A stretch of 63,357 bases of DNA, counting the filler, from Octopus bimaculoides (taxonomy: Eukaryota): assembly GCF_001194135.2 (NCBI RefSeq). It is 7 parts of 7 records of this genome, joined end to end, with 100 filler letters (N's around TTAATTAATTAA, not from the genome) between each part and the next. Parts side by side here need not be neighbours in the genome. Positions count along the whole stretch, not along the records: positions 5,833 to 25,038 come from NC_068983.1; 6 more parts are not named here. One strand, written 5' to 3'. Positions 11,200-24,045 of the stretch are shown here, piece after piece. Positions within the stretch are counted from its first letter, which is position 1; each line of letters starts with the position of its first letter. The notes under the pieces are model-generated. The model ran no database searches. It was not told the origin of the DNA and was given only the letters and a program-made list of their open reading frames with translations. The position numbers were made by a program, and so were the translations under genes.

Positions 11200-13290
11200 T
11201 AATGCGTAGGACTAGCTCAAGAACCACATTAGTCCCTTTTAAAAAGACCTAGAACATCAAGGATATATGTAACATGAGGATCATACAAGTCTATCAGATA
11301 AAACTGAGAGTTTGTATCAGGTGGATAAAGCTTTTTACAGTAGTTTCATGCACAATGCTATGACAAATACCTATAATAAGATCAACCACAGAACTTTGAA
11401 TAAGATAAATATTATGGGACAAAGATGATCTATGTGCTCGACCGAACTGAAGCACTAATTACGGAAACTCTCCGCTTCACTCCCATGAACTTGGCAAAAG
11501 CTTTACGATTAAAGCTGATGCAGATAAAAAAAACAAGTAAGCTAATTTTTGATAAATTTACCAATAAAATTGGATCAATAGTAGCATTACATTTTTTAAT
11601 CATTCAGCTTCACTCAACTAGTTTAAAAACAAGAAAATAACGAAATTTGTCAAATTTGGCATCCAATACTATTACTCTTCGATCACTTTACTGTAAATTA
11701 ATGTCACTATCAAATTTGCCGAGTCCATCCCTACAATTAACAACCAAGAAACCGAAACAGCTGTACAGGTTCGTAAATTCTCGTAGATTCCAAACATGGC
11801 CAATAGCTGAATAAGAAATCTAGAATACCAACCGATGTTAACATAGGAGCGAGTGACTCAGCAGAAGTCACAGACTTTATTGGATTATATATTCTTTCCA
11901 GACTCTATATTTTCCCAACATTGAAGGGGACTGTACGCAATAATAGTTTACATATTCTCACTAATTACACTCTACAAGCTTAGAAAGATTTTGAATGAAT
12001 ATCATGAATTTTTTTCAAGAACTGTGGAATTACTATCACTGTTGATGTTAATTCAGTAAAAAATTTATCTTAATCAACGACCTCCACAATCATTGTAGAT
12101 AATCAAACGAGACACTTAACTATATCCACAGACTGTCAAACCAACTTATTAAAATTACGAAAAATTTAGATATGAACGTTTTTCTGTAACTTTCTAGTAT
12201 TTCAGCTAATGAAAAGAGTTTTAATTACAACTCAAACCACTGTCATGAAGATAAAAGTGATTTTAGCCAAAAGAGAATAAAACTAGGAATCTTAGAAACA
12301 GAACTGAACAATCTGCGAATACAATGTCGACTATGGTAAACCTCCAGACTTATAGCTGTAATACTCCCCTTCCTACTCACGAAACATTCCTGCACACACC
12401 ATGGATATTATTCTATATTTAACATTAATACGATAAAACTAGTTTTATGAAACACACCCAACTTCCAACAAAATATTCCTTTGTTTAATGTATTCAGACT
12501 AGAACGAGTCATTAGGGAAGATAATAGTAACCACAATTACCCTGATAAAAAATGTATCACTATAACAATAACAACAACTATGATAATAGTAATGGTAGCA
12601 TAGTCATCATCATCACTAACAGCAGCAATAGGTACAGTAGTAATAATGATGACGAGGATTCCTTTTATTTAATAATAACTATTTTTGAAATAGCATAATG
12701 GTTTTTTAATAACAATAACAACAATAATTATAGCAGCAGTAACGGTAATCTTAGTAATGACGATAGCAACAACTATAATAGTAATAATAATAATAGCACT
12801 AACAATGACGGCAATGGATATTATGTCAACGCAATATCCATAGCAGCCATGGCATATAGCAACTATGATTACAATTTTAACAATTCCAGTAAATGCCTAT
12901 TGCACGACAAGTGTATAACTTGGGGGTATCATATATAAATATATACTCAAATCTTCTAGCTCAATCAATGTATATATTGGAAAAAAAGTAAATAGTTTTT
13001 ATACATGATATTCTTATGCGCAGTCGTTTAGAAACAATGTAAGTACTAGTGCTACATCATTATCATAAAGCTTCCGGAAACTCAAAACCCCAAACACACC
13101 TTACCACTTGAAGTGGAGCATTTTAGCTAAATTCAAAACCCTACAGTAGAAATAAACAATTATGTGACTTCTGCATCACTGAAGCACCCGTAATCCTTTT
13201 CGCTAAAGATCAGCTCATTAATTGTAATATGGTGAGGGCTTCCTCGTTTGTACATTGTAGGTACTCTACATACTTGCACTTTAATCTAAA
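11200..13290 (+). mobile_element. Near-full-length decayed Penelope-like element (RT + C-terminal GIY-YIG endonuclease)
   Basis: Collinear motifs: SDKTESLYQVDK...; FVKFGIQYYYSSIT (motif A); DVNIGASDSAEVTDFIGLYILSRL...GLY at 11834-11935 (cf. FDVTMGSYDGAE.CELVGLY); YIHRLSNQ; IFNINTIKL; EN GGIIYK...VYIG...LKWSILAK...LCDFCITE. Confidence 0.88.
12520..12880 (+). repeat. AAT/AAC/AGT trinucleotide-like low-complexity tract inside the PLE linker
   Basis: Lies between the thumb motif (IFNINTIKL) and the EN; reads as Asn/Ser-rich in one frame. Confidence 0.8.
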
Positions 13291-13299
13291 CGAATAGAA

Positions 13300-13337
<38 letters not shown>

Positions 13338-13400
13338 TTGAAGTGCATAGAGTACACACACCTACATATATGTGTGCGTGTGCGTGTATATATATATATA

Positions 13401-13957
13401 CGAGGGGAAGTCAAAAGTTATCCGCACTTTCGCCATAACATATCTTTATTATCATCACACTGCCTTTTGCGCATGCGTCCATATAGTTGGTACTATTGTG
13501 GCCACATGATCGAAGTTTGAGCCTGATCGCGCCATTCATCGGAGGCTTTTAGCACAATACGGTGCACTACTGCGTAGAAGTGTGTATGAATGGATGGAGA
13601 AGTTTAAAAGTGGCCGGGCAAGCGTGACGCACGAACAGGGAGCAAGACGTCCGTCACCTGCCACCACTGACGAGAAAATTGAGCAAGTTCGAGAGATGGT
13701 AATGGTGAACCGGCGAGTTATCATCGATTTGGTTGTCGATTTCCTATGAATGAAGACGTGAAGGAAGCGGTGCATAAATGGTTACACGACCAGCCGAAAA
13801 CCTTCTTGGAGGGAATATGCAAGCTTGCGGACCGCTGGATCAAGTGCATCGAAAATGAAGGAGAGTATATAGAAAAATTAACGTACTTGTTTATCCCCTG
13901 CTTTTGTGTAAATACATTGAAAAATTACGAGTGCGTATAATTTTTAACTCACCCTCT
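13401..13957 (+). mobile_element. Internally deleted mariner (557 bp), both TIRs and TA TSDs present
   Basis: TA|cgaggggaagtcaaaagttatccgcact ... gtgcgtataatttttaactcaccctct|TA. Encodes the HTH (IHRRLLAQYG...WMEKFKSGR) fused to the C-terminus (EDVKEAVHKWL...RWIKCIENEGEYIEK); the catalytic core is absent. Confidence 0.9.
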
Positions 13958-14945
13958 TATATGCAAGGAAATTTCGCCATAAATCTTTCGGACATTTGCA
14001 TCTTTCTTACCTTTTGAAGTCTTGTAAGGTAAACAAAAGCAACTGCTAAATGCATATAGAAACAATTTCTTTAATTATTTGTTCGTTATTTTATTTATTT
14101 ATTTATTTATTTATTTACTAAAAAGAAAAAAAAACAAGTTTAATTAAGATTAACATTTTGAATTCTACTCAGAATTTTTATTCATTGTTTCAAAGACATT
14201 ATGAAACAGGAGTTCTAAACCCGAAACACAAACGAGTGAATGAATGAATATATAACTGAAACTGACAACAACATGGGCATAGCGATACACATGTACCGAA
14301 TATTGGTCTTCCTGATGTCCTATTACAGAATCCTATATCAATATGCATTCCATGATCTAGTCACCTTCCTGTGGTAACCATAATTTAATCAGCTTTGCAT
14401 TTATTAATGGATGAGGGATGAGAAGCCTTCGGACACAATATTCCTAATCAATTAAAAACATGTATCCGTAATGTCAATATTAAATAGCAAAAACCGTCGT
14501 GCTTTATTAAATACCGAGAGCCGAATAATGACAGAGCAGAAGTTTAGCCCGACTTCGGTCAATAAAGAGATATACGTAGCAGAAATTTAGACATTACACC
14601 GGTCACATAGACCCGTTAACCACAACGTGTAACGGTACAACACTTTTGATGCTGTCCATTGCTTAATTTAAGCAGGACATTAACACAACTAAATGCCTAT
14701 TTCTATTTCTATATATAGGATCAACGCCAAAAATTAATTATACCGAATATCTAATTATGCGAAATGCATAATCTCAGGTGTCTCACTACAGAATCGTATG
14801 TCTTTACATATGAATAAATATTACTTTACCTTGGCGTTACCAAATGTAGCTGTCAATTTAATATAACTGTTGTCTGTTTATCTTTATGATACTGATATAG
14901 TTATAGTCTTCCTCCGGTCTTTTCCCTTAAGCACACACATAGATT

Positions 14946-15152
14946 TCTGTCTGTCTGTCTATGTCTGTCTGTCTGTCTATGTCTGTCTGTCTGTCTATGT
15001 CTGTCTGTCTGTCTATGTCTGTCTGTCTATGTCTGTCTGTCTGTCTGTCTATGTCTGTCTGTCTGTCTGTCTGTCTATGTCTGTCTGTCTGTCTATTTGT
15101 CTGTCTATGTCTGTCTATCTGTCTCTATTTCAGTCTGTCTATCTGCCTATCA

Positions 15153-15223
<71 letters not shown>
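14946..15223. repeat. Compound (TCTG/TCTA)n-(TATC)n microsatellite
   Basis: Direct reading. Confidence 0.95.
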
Positions 15224-15224
<1 letters not shown>

Positions 15225-15289
15225 CCTTTCCTGCTATCGCTAATCATATCATGTATAATATCACACAAAGCATAGATGCATCTATTTAC

Positions 15290-15440
15290 AGTGCTCAAAT
15301 AGTACTTATTTTATCGACCCCGAAAGGATGAAAGGTAAAGTCGACCCCGGCGGCATTTGAACTCATAACGTAAAGACGGACGAAATGTTGCTAAGCATTT
15401 TTCCAGGCACGCTAACGATTCTTCCAGCTTGCCGCCTTAT
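15290..15440 (-). mobile_element. tRNA-derived SINE head and core
   Basis: Minus: aaggcggcaagctggaagaatcgttagcgtgcc...gagttcaaatgccgccggggtcgactttacctttcatcctttcggggtcgataaaataagtact; same family as 26236 and 60380. Confidence 0.88.
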
Positions 15441-15445
15441 ATATA

Positions 15446-16719
15446 CACAGACATGCAGGAAGTAATTAGACACCTTTAATTTTCAAAATTTCTGATTTAA
15501 GCATCTTAATGTTTTCAGCGGTGTAGAATTTACAATGTAAGTATTCCTTTTCATTCCAGGTGCCATTATATTAAACATTTGCGAAGAGTAACCATGCCAC
15601 ACACAAAAAATGCAGTAAAACTGTCAGATTTTCAAAGAGGTCGTATTGCTGGGCAATCTGTGGCTGGTCTTAGCCAGCGAAAAATTGCCGAAAATCTTCA
15701 AATTCCTCTTGCTACTGTTAATAGAATTATAGTGCAATTCAAAAGCAAAGGAAAAGAATCAACAGATTCTCATCCCGGCCGACCTGGGCCCTCGGAAAGG
15801 AAGCTTCGCTGTTTGAAGAGAATTGTGGAAAACGAACCCCGTTCGAAGGCTTCTGACATTGCAAAAAAACTAGAAGTTAGTCTAAGAACGTATGTTACAT
15901 ATCTGCATAAACTTGGGTATTATGGACGAGCAGCTAGAAGAAAACCTATCCTTCAACCAATTAATATCATGAAAAGAAAGAAATGGGCTTAGGAGATGTC
16001 AGAAAAATCCAGTTCATTTTGGGATAGAGTGATTTTTTTGGATGAATCCAGATTTGCATTATTTTCAGACAGTGGACGTGTCTGAGTCTGGAGGCTTCCC
16101 AGTCAAGAATTTGATTTGAAACGAATCCAACCAACTGTCAAACATAATGGTATCTCTGTAATGATATGGGAAGCTGTCACCAGCAATGGTCGTTCTGAGC
16201 TGATCGAATGTGTTGGAACCATAAACTGAAAAATACATCGAAATACTTAAGCAAGGACTACTTCCGATGTATTCACGCGATAACACAACGAAAAATGTGT
16301 TTTTTATTCGTGGAAGATGGGGGCTCCATGCCACACAGCGGAAAGGAATCAACAATGGCTGACTGAAAATGGGATCAAAAAGCTTCATTGGCCGAGCCAA
16401 TCTCCTGACATGAATCCAACTGAAAATCTTTGGAGCATACAAGATAGAACTATACGAAAAACTCGACAGAAACCTAAATCTAAGTTGAATTGTTTCGATT
16501 GTTACGTGAAAAGTGGGCAGAAATTCCACAAGAGACAATCACAAAGCTCATCAGTTCAATGCCAAAAAGAGTTTCTGAATTAAAAACTGCAAAAGGAATG
16601 TTAACTAAATACTAAAGTATGTAGTCCTAACTATCGATTACATTTCAATTGTTTGCTTTGCGTATTAAATAAAAGATTTTGAAAATTAAAGGTGTCTATT
16701 TACTTCCTGCATGTCTGTG
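15446..16719 (+). mobile_element. Full-length Tc1 DNA transposon (1274 bp)
   Basis: 44-bp TIRs (15446-15489 and 16676-16719, one mismatch) flanked by TA on both sides. Confidence 0.97.
15594..16580 (+). pseudogene. Tc1 (DD34E-type) transposase pseudogene
   Basis: MPHTK...GRP...RAARRKP HTH region; VIFLDESRF; VMIWEA; DGAPCH; WPSQSPDMNPTENLW. Several stops and frameshifts. Confidence 0.95.
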
Positions 16720-17371
16720 TAGGTAAATATTACGTACACACATTTAAACACATAGCCATATATGCNNNNNNNNNNNNNNNNNNNNNNNNNNNNNNNNNNN
16801 NNNNNNNNNNNNNNNNNNNNNNNNNNNNNNNNNNNNNNNNNNNNNNNNNNNNNNNNNNNNNNNNNNNNNNNNNNNNNNNNNNNNNNNNNNNNNNNNNNNN
16901 NNNNNNNNNNNNNNNNNNNNNNNNNNNNNNNNNNNNNNNNNNNNNNNNNNNNNNNNNNNNNNNNNNNNNNNNNNNNNNNNNNNNNNNNNNNNNNNNNNNN
17001 NNNNNNNNNNNNNNNNNNNNNNNNNNNNNNNNNNNNNNNNNNNNNNNNNNNNNNNNNNNNNNNNNNNNNNNNNNNNNNNNNNNNNAAACCTACCCTTCAT
17101 TTCATCAACTATTTGTCATATTAAATTGTTTGTTTCGCTTTCATTCTCTTTCCATAAATGTAGACTAGAAATGATCATATAAGCATACACAGTCACAATG
17201 ACGATGACACCTACGCATTAGTATCGATAGGCACATTCATGAGGATGTACACATTCGTACAGCGATTACAAGTCTTCGACTATTCTCTTCTGAGGTACGA
17301 CAACCTTTTAGAAGACCTACAAATGTCGATAACTTAAGGGCAACCTGTTAGAATTTTATTGATTAATGCAT

Positions 17372-17428
<57 letters not shown>

Positions 17429-17729
17429 ATGCTTTCCGATATGCATGTGTTGTTGTTGTTGTTGTTGTGTGTGTGTGTGCATGTATGCATGCGTGTGTGT
17501 GCGCGCGTGTGTGCGTGTGTGCGTGTGTGTGTATGTGTGTATGTGGTTGTACGTTTTTGTTTATCACTCGTAGTTTGTACAGATATCAATTCTGTTGTTT
17601 CATTTTATAGTTCTTGATGCTATACACATAGGGATATATCTCTGTGTATATTATAAAATATATGTACACACATATACATGCATTTACACATGCGCACGCA
17701 CACACGCACTATTTTATTAAAGTCGAAAC

Positions 17730-17816
17730 AATTCACAGACTGTTTGTTACTCAGAGTTTCACATGACCGTTCGTCACGTCGCCAGTCACGTGAAACTGAG
17801 CGATAGTTTGTGAATT
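17730..17816. repeat. Imperfect inverted repeat (hairpin) with PLE/hammerhead-like core remnants
   Basis: aattcacagact/agtttgtgaatt and ctcagagtttcacatgac/gtcacgtgaaactgag arms; minus strand reads gTGACGA-ACG-gtca-TGT-GAAAC. Confidence 0.7.
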
Positions 17817-17917
17817 TTTTCTCAGATTTAATAAAATAGTATTTTACTCTGCCTTAGGTATTCGAGTACTATTTTTTCCACTTTGTTTTGCACCTATCTG
17901 CTTACTTGTCTGTCTGA

Positions 17918-17993
<76 letters not shown>

Positions 17994-18997
17994 CTTTTTT
18001 CTTCTAAACTTTAAGAAACGTTTTTTGTATATTCTAGATGAATCTGGTCGGATTTACACACCATACACGACCGCAAGTCAGTTGTTGTTGCTTAGCTCCG
18101 ATTTATTCCTGATCGAGCAGACCTATGATGAAAGGTATTCCGGCAGTGACCATCCAATCTTTTTAGGGGTATGTAAAACTTCATCATTCAATATGTCTTC
18201 TCATGTTTTTGTTTTTTTTCAAAAAGACTCTGAGGTTGAAATTTCTAGCAGGTCAAGTCACTACTCAGATATCCTTCGTTCGTCAACAAGCTTGTCGTTC
18301 AAATGGTTGTCAGCCTATCACTTGAGAAACCAGTGGTTTAGGTCTTGTCACTTGCTATGTGTACATAACACTGATTTAACACCATCATTTAATAATTAAG
18401 GAACGTGAATCGTTTTATCATAGACTTTTTTAACGCCGTCTACTTGGTGTCGCAGATTCGACGCTGACCTATTTGACGTTGGACGTTTTAAAGTTTCTCT
18501 CGTTCTCTCCCATTGTATATGTGTTCTCTCTCTGTATATGTGTTCTCTCTCTCTGTATATGTGTTTTCTCTCTGAATATATGTTCTTTCTCTGTATATGT
18601 GTGTGAGCATCTAATATTTATATGTATGTGTAATATACCTCTCTCTTTTTTTCTATTACTTTCTCTATATGTGTGTATTTTTTAGTGTGTCAGCGTGTGT
18701 TTGCCATCCAATCAGCTGTGTCAATTCGTCGGCGTCCAAATTGCCATGCCGAATCGTTTCATTCCGATCACTGAGTGGTTTTATTGGAGTCATTCTGTTA
18801 TAAGCATTCGGACCATAAATTTTCTTTTTTCCGAAGATATTATTTTACAGATATTCAGACTAGGCGTTGGTACCAGCTATATCCCTAATCTGGGAGAATT
18901 TATAAAGGTGATATCACCAACTCTACATCCTCCGTGTATCTCATTATATGAAACAAAAAAGAAAGAAGGTATTTTCACTTCGAATTGTTGGTTATTG

Positions 18998-19042
<45 letters not shown>

Positions 19043-19868
19043 AATGTGAGTATGAGTGTGTGAGTATGAGTGTGTGAGTATGATTGTTCATGTGTGAGTG
19101 TGTGTGTGTGTGTGCTTCATTGGTTTAGATATTGGCAATACTGTATAAGATAAGCATATCTCAATAGGTTGCAGTTTTGAGTTTGAATCTCACCGAGAAG
19201 GATGTTATATAATGCCAACCTTAAGCTAATATAACTATAGTTATTCTATATATTTCCAAATACGTTAACAACTAGAGACACACCAACTTAAAGTCTTGTT
19301 TATTCTTTTTGGTTATCTTGGATGAAGAAAATGTGGTTTGCGTAGTCTCTACTTAAAACACTTTATCGGATGTAGCATCTAACTTTCTTAAACTACGTAG
19401 TTTCAGAAAGTAGGTTAATGAGGGCTACATAGGAGAATCTTGCATCTAACAAATCAAATCTTACTGTCTTAAAAAAGAAGAGCATATTGGCTATGGTTGA
19501 TAAAAATATGGGATGATCATAGCTGGTCCGCTTTTGATGATAGATTTACTAACCCAGAGCTCAGTAATTAGGTTAAAGAGAGCAGGACTTGTTTGAATAT
19601 GGTATATAACTGCTCGTTGTGTTACTTAGCTTCAGATTAGTCTTGAGCGAGCAAATCTTGCATCAAAGTTGTTCCAGTTATGGCCACCTCGTCTTTTCAT
19701 TAGGTAGAGAACTATATTATATTTAGAAGACAGCAGGATGTGATATGAGGGAGATTTGTCGGTTATTTCTAGCAGGTCGATTGATCATAAAGAAGCTCTC
19801 TCTCACTGGCCATCACGTATAAGTTGTGTGTATGCTTGTATATCTATGAATGAAAAAATGAGAGTGAA

Positions 19869-19922
<54 letters not shown>

Positions 19923-20599
19923 GGAGAGAGGAAGAGAGAGAAAGAGAGAAAGAGAGAATGGATGGAAGCAGAAGGAAATTCCACCTTGGAGTTTTAATGC
20001 ATATGGTAGCAGTTGATATTATTTGAGGATCGCTCTTACATAGATACCTTAATGCACTTGTTGTTTAGTCTAGAAGAGTAATCACTCAATTAGAGATTGA
20101 GAATTGCCATTGAATATTCACAAAGGGAATATTAACATTTGTGAACTAATGTAACGGGTATGAATACTTTAAATAGATCAGAAGATAACTTGACATAGTT
20201 TGTTATGAGTAACTTGTCTGGTTTCAACGAGCGAGATTTCCAGGCAACTTTTGCCTGAAGTCGGGTACGTGAGACTAATAGTTGCAACATGCGACATTTC
20301 TGTTTTTAGATAGAAACTACGCAAGCGCGCACACAAACATATGCGCGCGCACACAAACATATGCGCGCGCACACGCACGCACGCACGCACGCACGCTCGC
20401 TCACTCACTCACTCACTCACAGACACACTCACAAACACTCACACACACGCATGCCCACACGAGCGTTAAGTACTTCGTAATAGTATTTGACTTTGTTTTT
20501 ATTCAGGGTATGTATATGTATATATTTCAATGTGTGTATATACATTCTAAGCTTTAAATCCATGGGTGTATATAAATCTGAATAGGCATGTGTGTGTAT

Positions 20600-20880
20600 G
20601 TGGTGAGAATGTTACACCCCTGATCGCGAAATCGGTGGTTTCGATTCCCAGACCGGTTCCCAAAACACTTCCCGATTCCCAAAACACTTCCTTTCATGTC
20701 GCTCCAGTCTACTGAACTGTATAAATGAGTAATCCTGCGACAGACAGGCGTTCAGTTCAATAGGAAATGTTGGCTTGCTTCGCTTAGCCATTGGAGTGAC
20801 ATCATTCGAAAGCTACAATAATGCGCCTTCTTGCATTGTGACTGGTGCTGTGTAACAGCGACCGATAGTTTGGTCGACAC
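20600..20880 (+). mobile_element. Degenerate tRNA-derived SINE
   Basis: B-box-like GTTTCGATTCC followed by acacttcctttcatgtcgctccagtctact...ataaatgagt, homologous to the 31540 family; internal short tandem duplication. Confidence 0.65.
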
Positions 20881-23800
20881 AGTGATACAGTAACACACAC
20901 ATACACACACACACATTTATGCATGTATGTATACATACATGTGACACTATATTGTAATTTAGTTAAGTATTATGTCTACTTCATTGTCACTTTTATTAAT
21001 AAATTCTTTAGCTATTGAGTATATATCTTTTCTCTTATATAACACTTTTATGCTAAACTGTTTGAACAGTTCTAATCACATACAATACCTAATGTTCTAT
21101 TTCCTCTAACACAAGTTTAAAGACGTTTGATTCTTACCTAAGTAATCTCTGAGATACCAAGTGTTTCGAAGTCTTCGCTCATATCTACGTTAAACTTCCT
21201 TTCTTTCTATTTCATACCTTTTCTTACCAATATTTATCTATGTTGCTTTATAACCACGTAGTGTTTACGGTTACTGACGTAAGTTGTTTTAACGGCATAC
21301 CTTCACGAGTATGCCCCCACCCCGACTTTGCTCATGCCTCTCAGAAAAAAAATAATTTTTTTTTAATGAAATTTTCTACAAATGCCTTTCAGATGGTGTA
21401 GATTACGATTATGTCGGAATTTAATGAGAAAAAAAAAAGAGAAAATAATTGTTGAGCGCGCATACATACATACTAACACACATTACACACACACACACAC
21501 ACACACACANNNNNNNNNNNNNNNNNNNNNNNNNNNNNNNNNNNNNNNNNNNNNNNNNNNNNNNNNNNNNNNNNNNNNNNNNNNNNNNNNNNNNNNNNNN
21601 NNNNNNNNNNNNNNNNNNNNNNNNNNNNNNNNNNNNNNNNNNNNNNNNNNNNNNNNNNNNNNNNNNNNNNNNNNNNNNNNNNNNNNNNNNNNNNNNNNNN
21701 NNNNNNNNNNNNNNNNNNNNNNGTATGTATATGTGGACACCCATATTTTTTTTTTACATTAAATTCCGATATAATCGCAATATATAACAGTTGAAAGTTA
21801 TTTCTACAGCATTTCATTAAAAACTACTGTTTCTGAAAGTCATGAGGAAACAAAGTCGATACCTATGAATTATTCGAAACTTCTCTCTTCCACTAACCAA
21901 AAAAAAAAACAACAAAAAACAAAAAAAAAACACTCGTTTCGATATAGTCGGAATCTACGCCATCTGAAAGATATTTGTAGAAAAATTCACTAAAATATTC
22001 ATTTTTCTGAAAGTTGTGAGGAAACAAAGTCGGACAGGGGCACACTGTGTAGGGATGCCGTTTTAACATAGTAAGACTATTATAAAATTTTTCCTTGATG
22101 ATACGTTGTCTCGTTGTTTATAATTTGATTATATATTTTTGATATTAATTTTTCTGTATTTTCAAAATGGAAGCTGTTGTATGCTTAAAAATTATAAAAA
22201 CTTAAAAATTTAACTCGTGTGGTTACTCTGATAATTTTTATCTGCTAGATTTTCCGTTAGGTTCCGAAATCACTCTCTCTCTCACACATATTAGTATGAG
22301 CCTACCTGATTATTTTTGATTAGACAATGTATAGAATACATCACTGTACTATTTCTATATGGTCCGTAGGGCCCAGCAGTTTATAAATTCTTGTACACGG
22401 CTTAAATACGTCTAAATTCACTATAGCAGTATTTGATTAATGTCAAAGTCTTGCAATTAATCTAAGTCATGTTGCCACTTATATTTATCCCATCTTCTAT
22501 TTCATTAACCAAAAAAGAAAAGATTTAAAGGTTGTATGTGATGTGTGTTCAGTTCGTGAAAGAATATTTCTCAATATCTGAGATTGTAATTTTGTTAAAA
22601 GCACTTTTCTTAGAGAAAAAAATACAAAAAAAAAAAAATACTACGAACTTGGATGGCGTGTCTAAGCAAATTTTATTCCGTAAAATAATCTGATTTCTCC
22701 TACCTTTTTGGATATCTACTTTCATAGACGTTTAATCAGTGATTCTTCTTTCTCTCCTTGAAAAGATACGGTGAGGTTTATGCTTCGCTAATAGATCATA
22801 CGTTCGAAAAACATATTCCGAGTTGTCTGCCATACTTGCTTAAATAATAAAAAAATAATATTAGCTATTGCCTAACATTGTTTTTTCCTCATTACATAAT
22901 TATTTACATTTAACATGTTATGTTCCTTGTATTAAATAGGTTAACAATAACTAAACTATGTAGAGCCGAATAAATGGAAGTGATACGAATGCAGCGGATT
23001 GTAGGTCAGAAACAAACCTTGCCAAAGTCGGTAATTTTAAAACTTCATCCACGAACCACAGTAAATGTAATATTACACTGTATTGTAACATTCGATATCC
23101 TATAGAGAGGCATCCTAATGGAATGGATAATATATTAGATTACCGGACTAGAATCTTGACTCTAAATCCGTTGGGTCTCTTAATTCAATTAGCAGCCAGG
23201 AGTATGTGGAGAATGATCAAGGGTAAGTTCAATAAGGCTGATAAATTATACATCAAGCGTTCGATTCCATGTATCGCTTTGGTTCATGAGATAGAAGCAA
23301 GAATTGAAACAGTTGTAAACTCGCTTTGCCACAAAAATAATTCCACTTCAAACTATTCTTTTACAATATTGCTCGACCTTTTATAAATGGCAGTCAAATA
23401 TCTTCCAAGTCAAACTACATCGTTTTAAATACACGGACATATTAAATAATGCTGTCCTGCATTCCATTCGAATAGCTTTACACATAGAAAAAAGAATGAA
23501 AAGCAAAACTGATGTGTTTGTGCTTGTGGGATAGGGGTGCGATGCACTTGCGCGCGTGTATGCGTGCATGCACGAAATAAATTCTGTTGTTGCTTAGATC
23601 CAGGCCAACCCCCATTGGACAGTCCAATAATAAAAGGCTACCCTGTAAATATGTATTAGTGTGTTTGCATTAATACCGAGATGTCATTAAATAATAATCT
23701 GTTAATATCAATGAATCAAGAGAAATGTGTAACCGGATTAAATGTCTTACAACATGTAGTTTTCTCCCTTTACGTACACCCTTATGAGGTTAGGTTTGTT

Positions 23801-23981
23801 TCATTCCCACGAAGCCATTACCAGTAATACTCTCGCGAAAATTTAATCGCTGCTTCTCTAACAAAAATTGACTTTTTGCCTATTCCTGTGTGCGTCAATG
23901 CGTGTGTGGACGTGCGCGTGTGCGCATATATATATATATATATANNNNNNNNNNNNNNNNNNNNNNNNNNNNNNNNNNNNN

Positions 23982-24045
<64 letters not shown>

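Noticed and set aside
18038-18134. Exon-like segment with AG/GT and an open frame (DESGRIYTPY...)
   Set aside because: Its 3' half resembles a dispersed repeat also seen near 19620-19680; no protein similarity recognised.
21396-21430. Acceptor followed by DGVDYDYVGI*, resembling a tyrosine-motif tail exon
   Set aside because: No upstream TM exon found nearby; too short to distinguish from chance.
22964-23222. Two possible plus-strand exons (22964-23031 and 23106-23222) with good donors
   Set aside because: Acceptors are weak and the peptides are unrecognisable; cannot be supported without transcripts.
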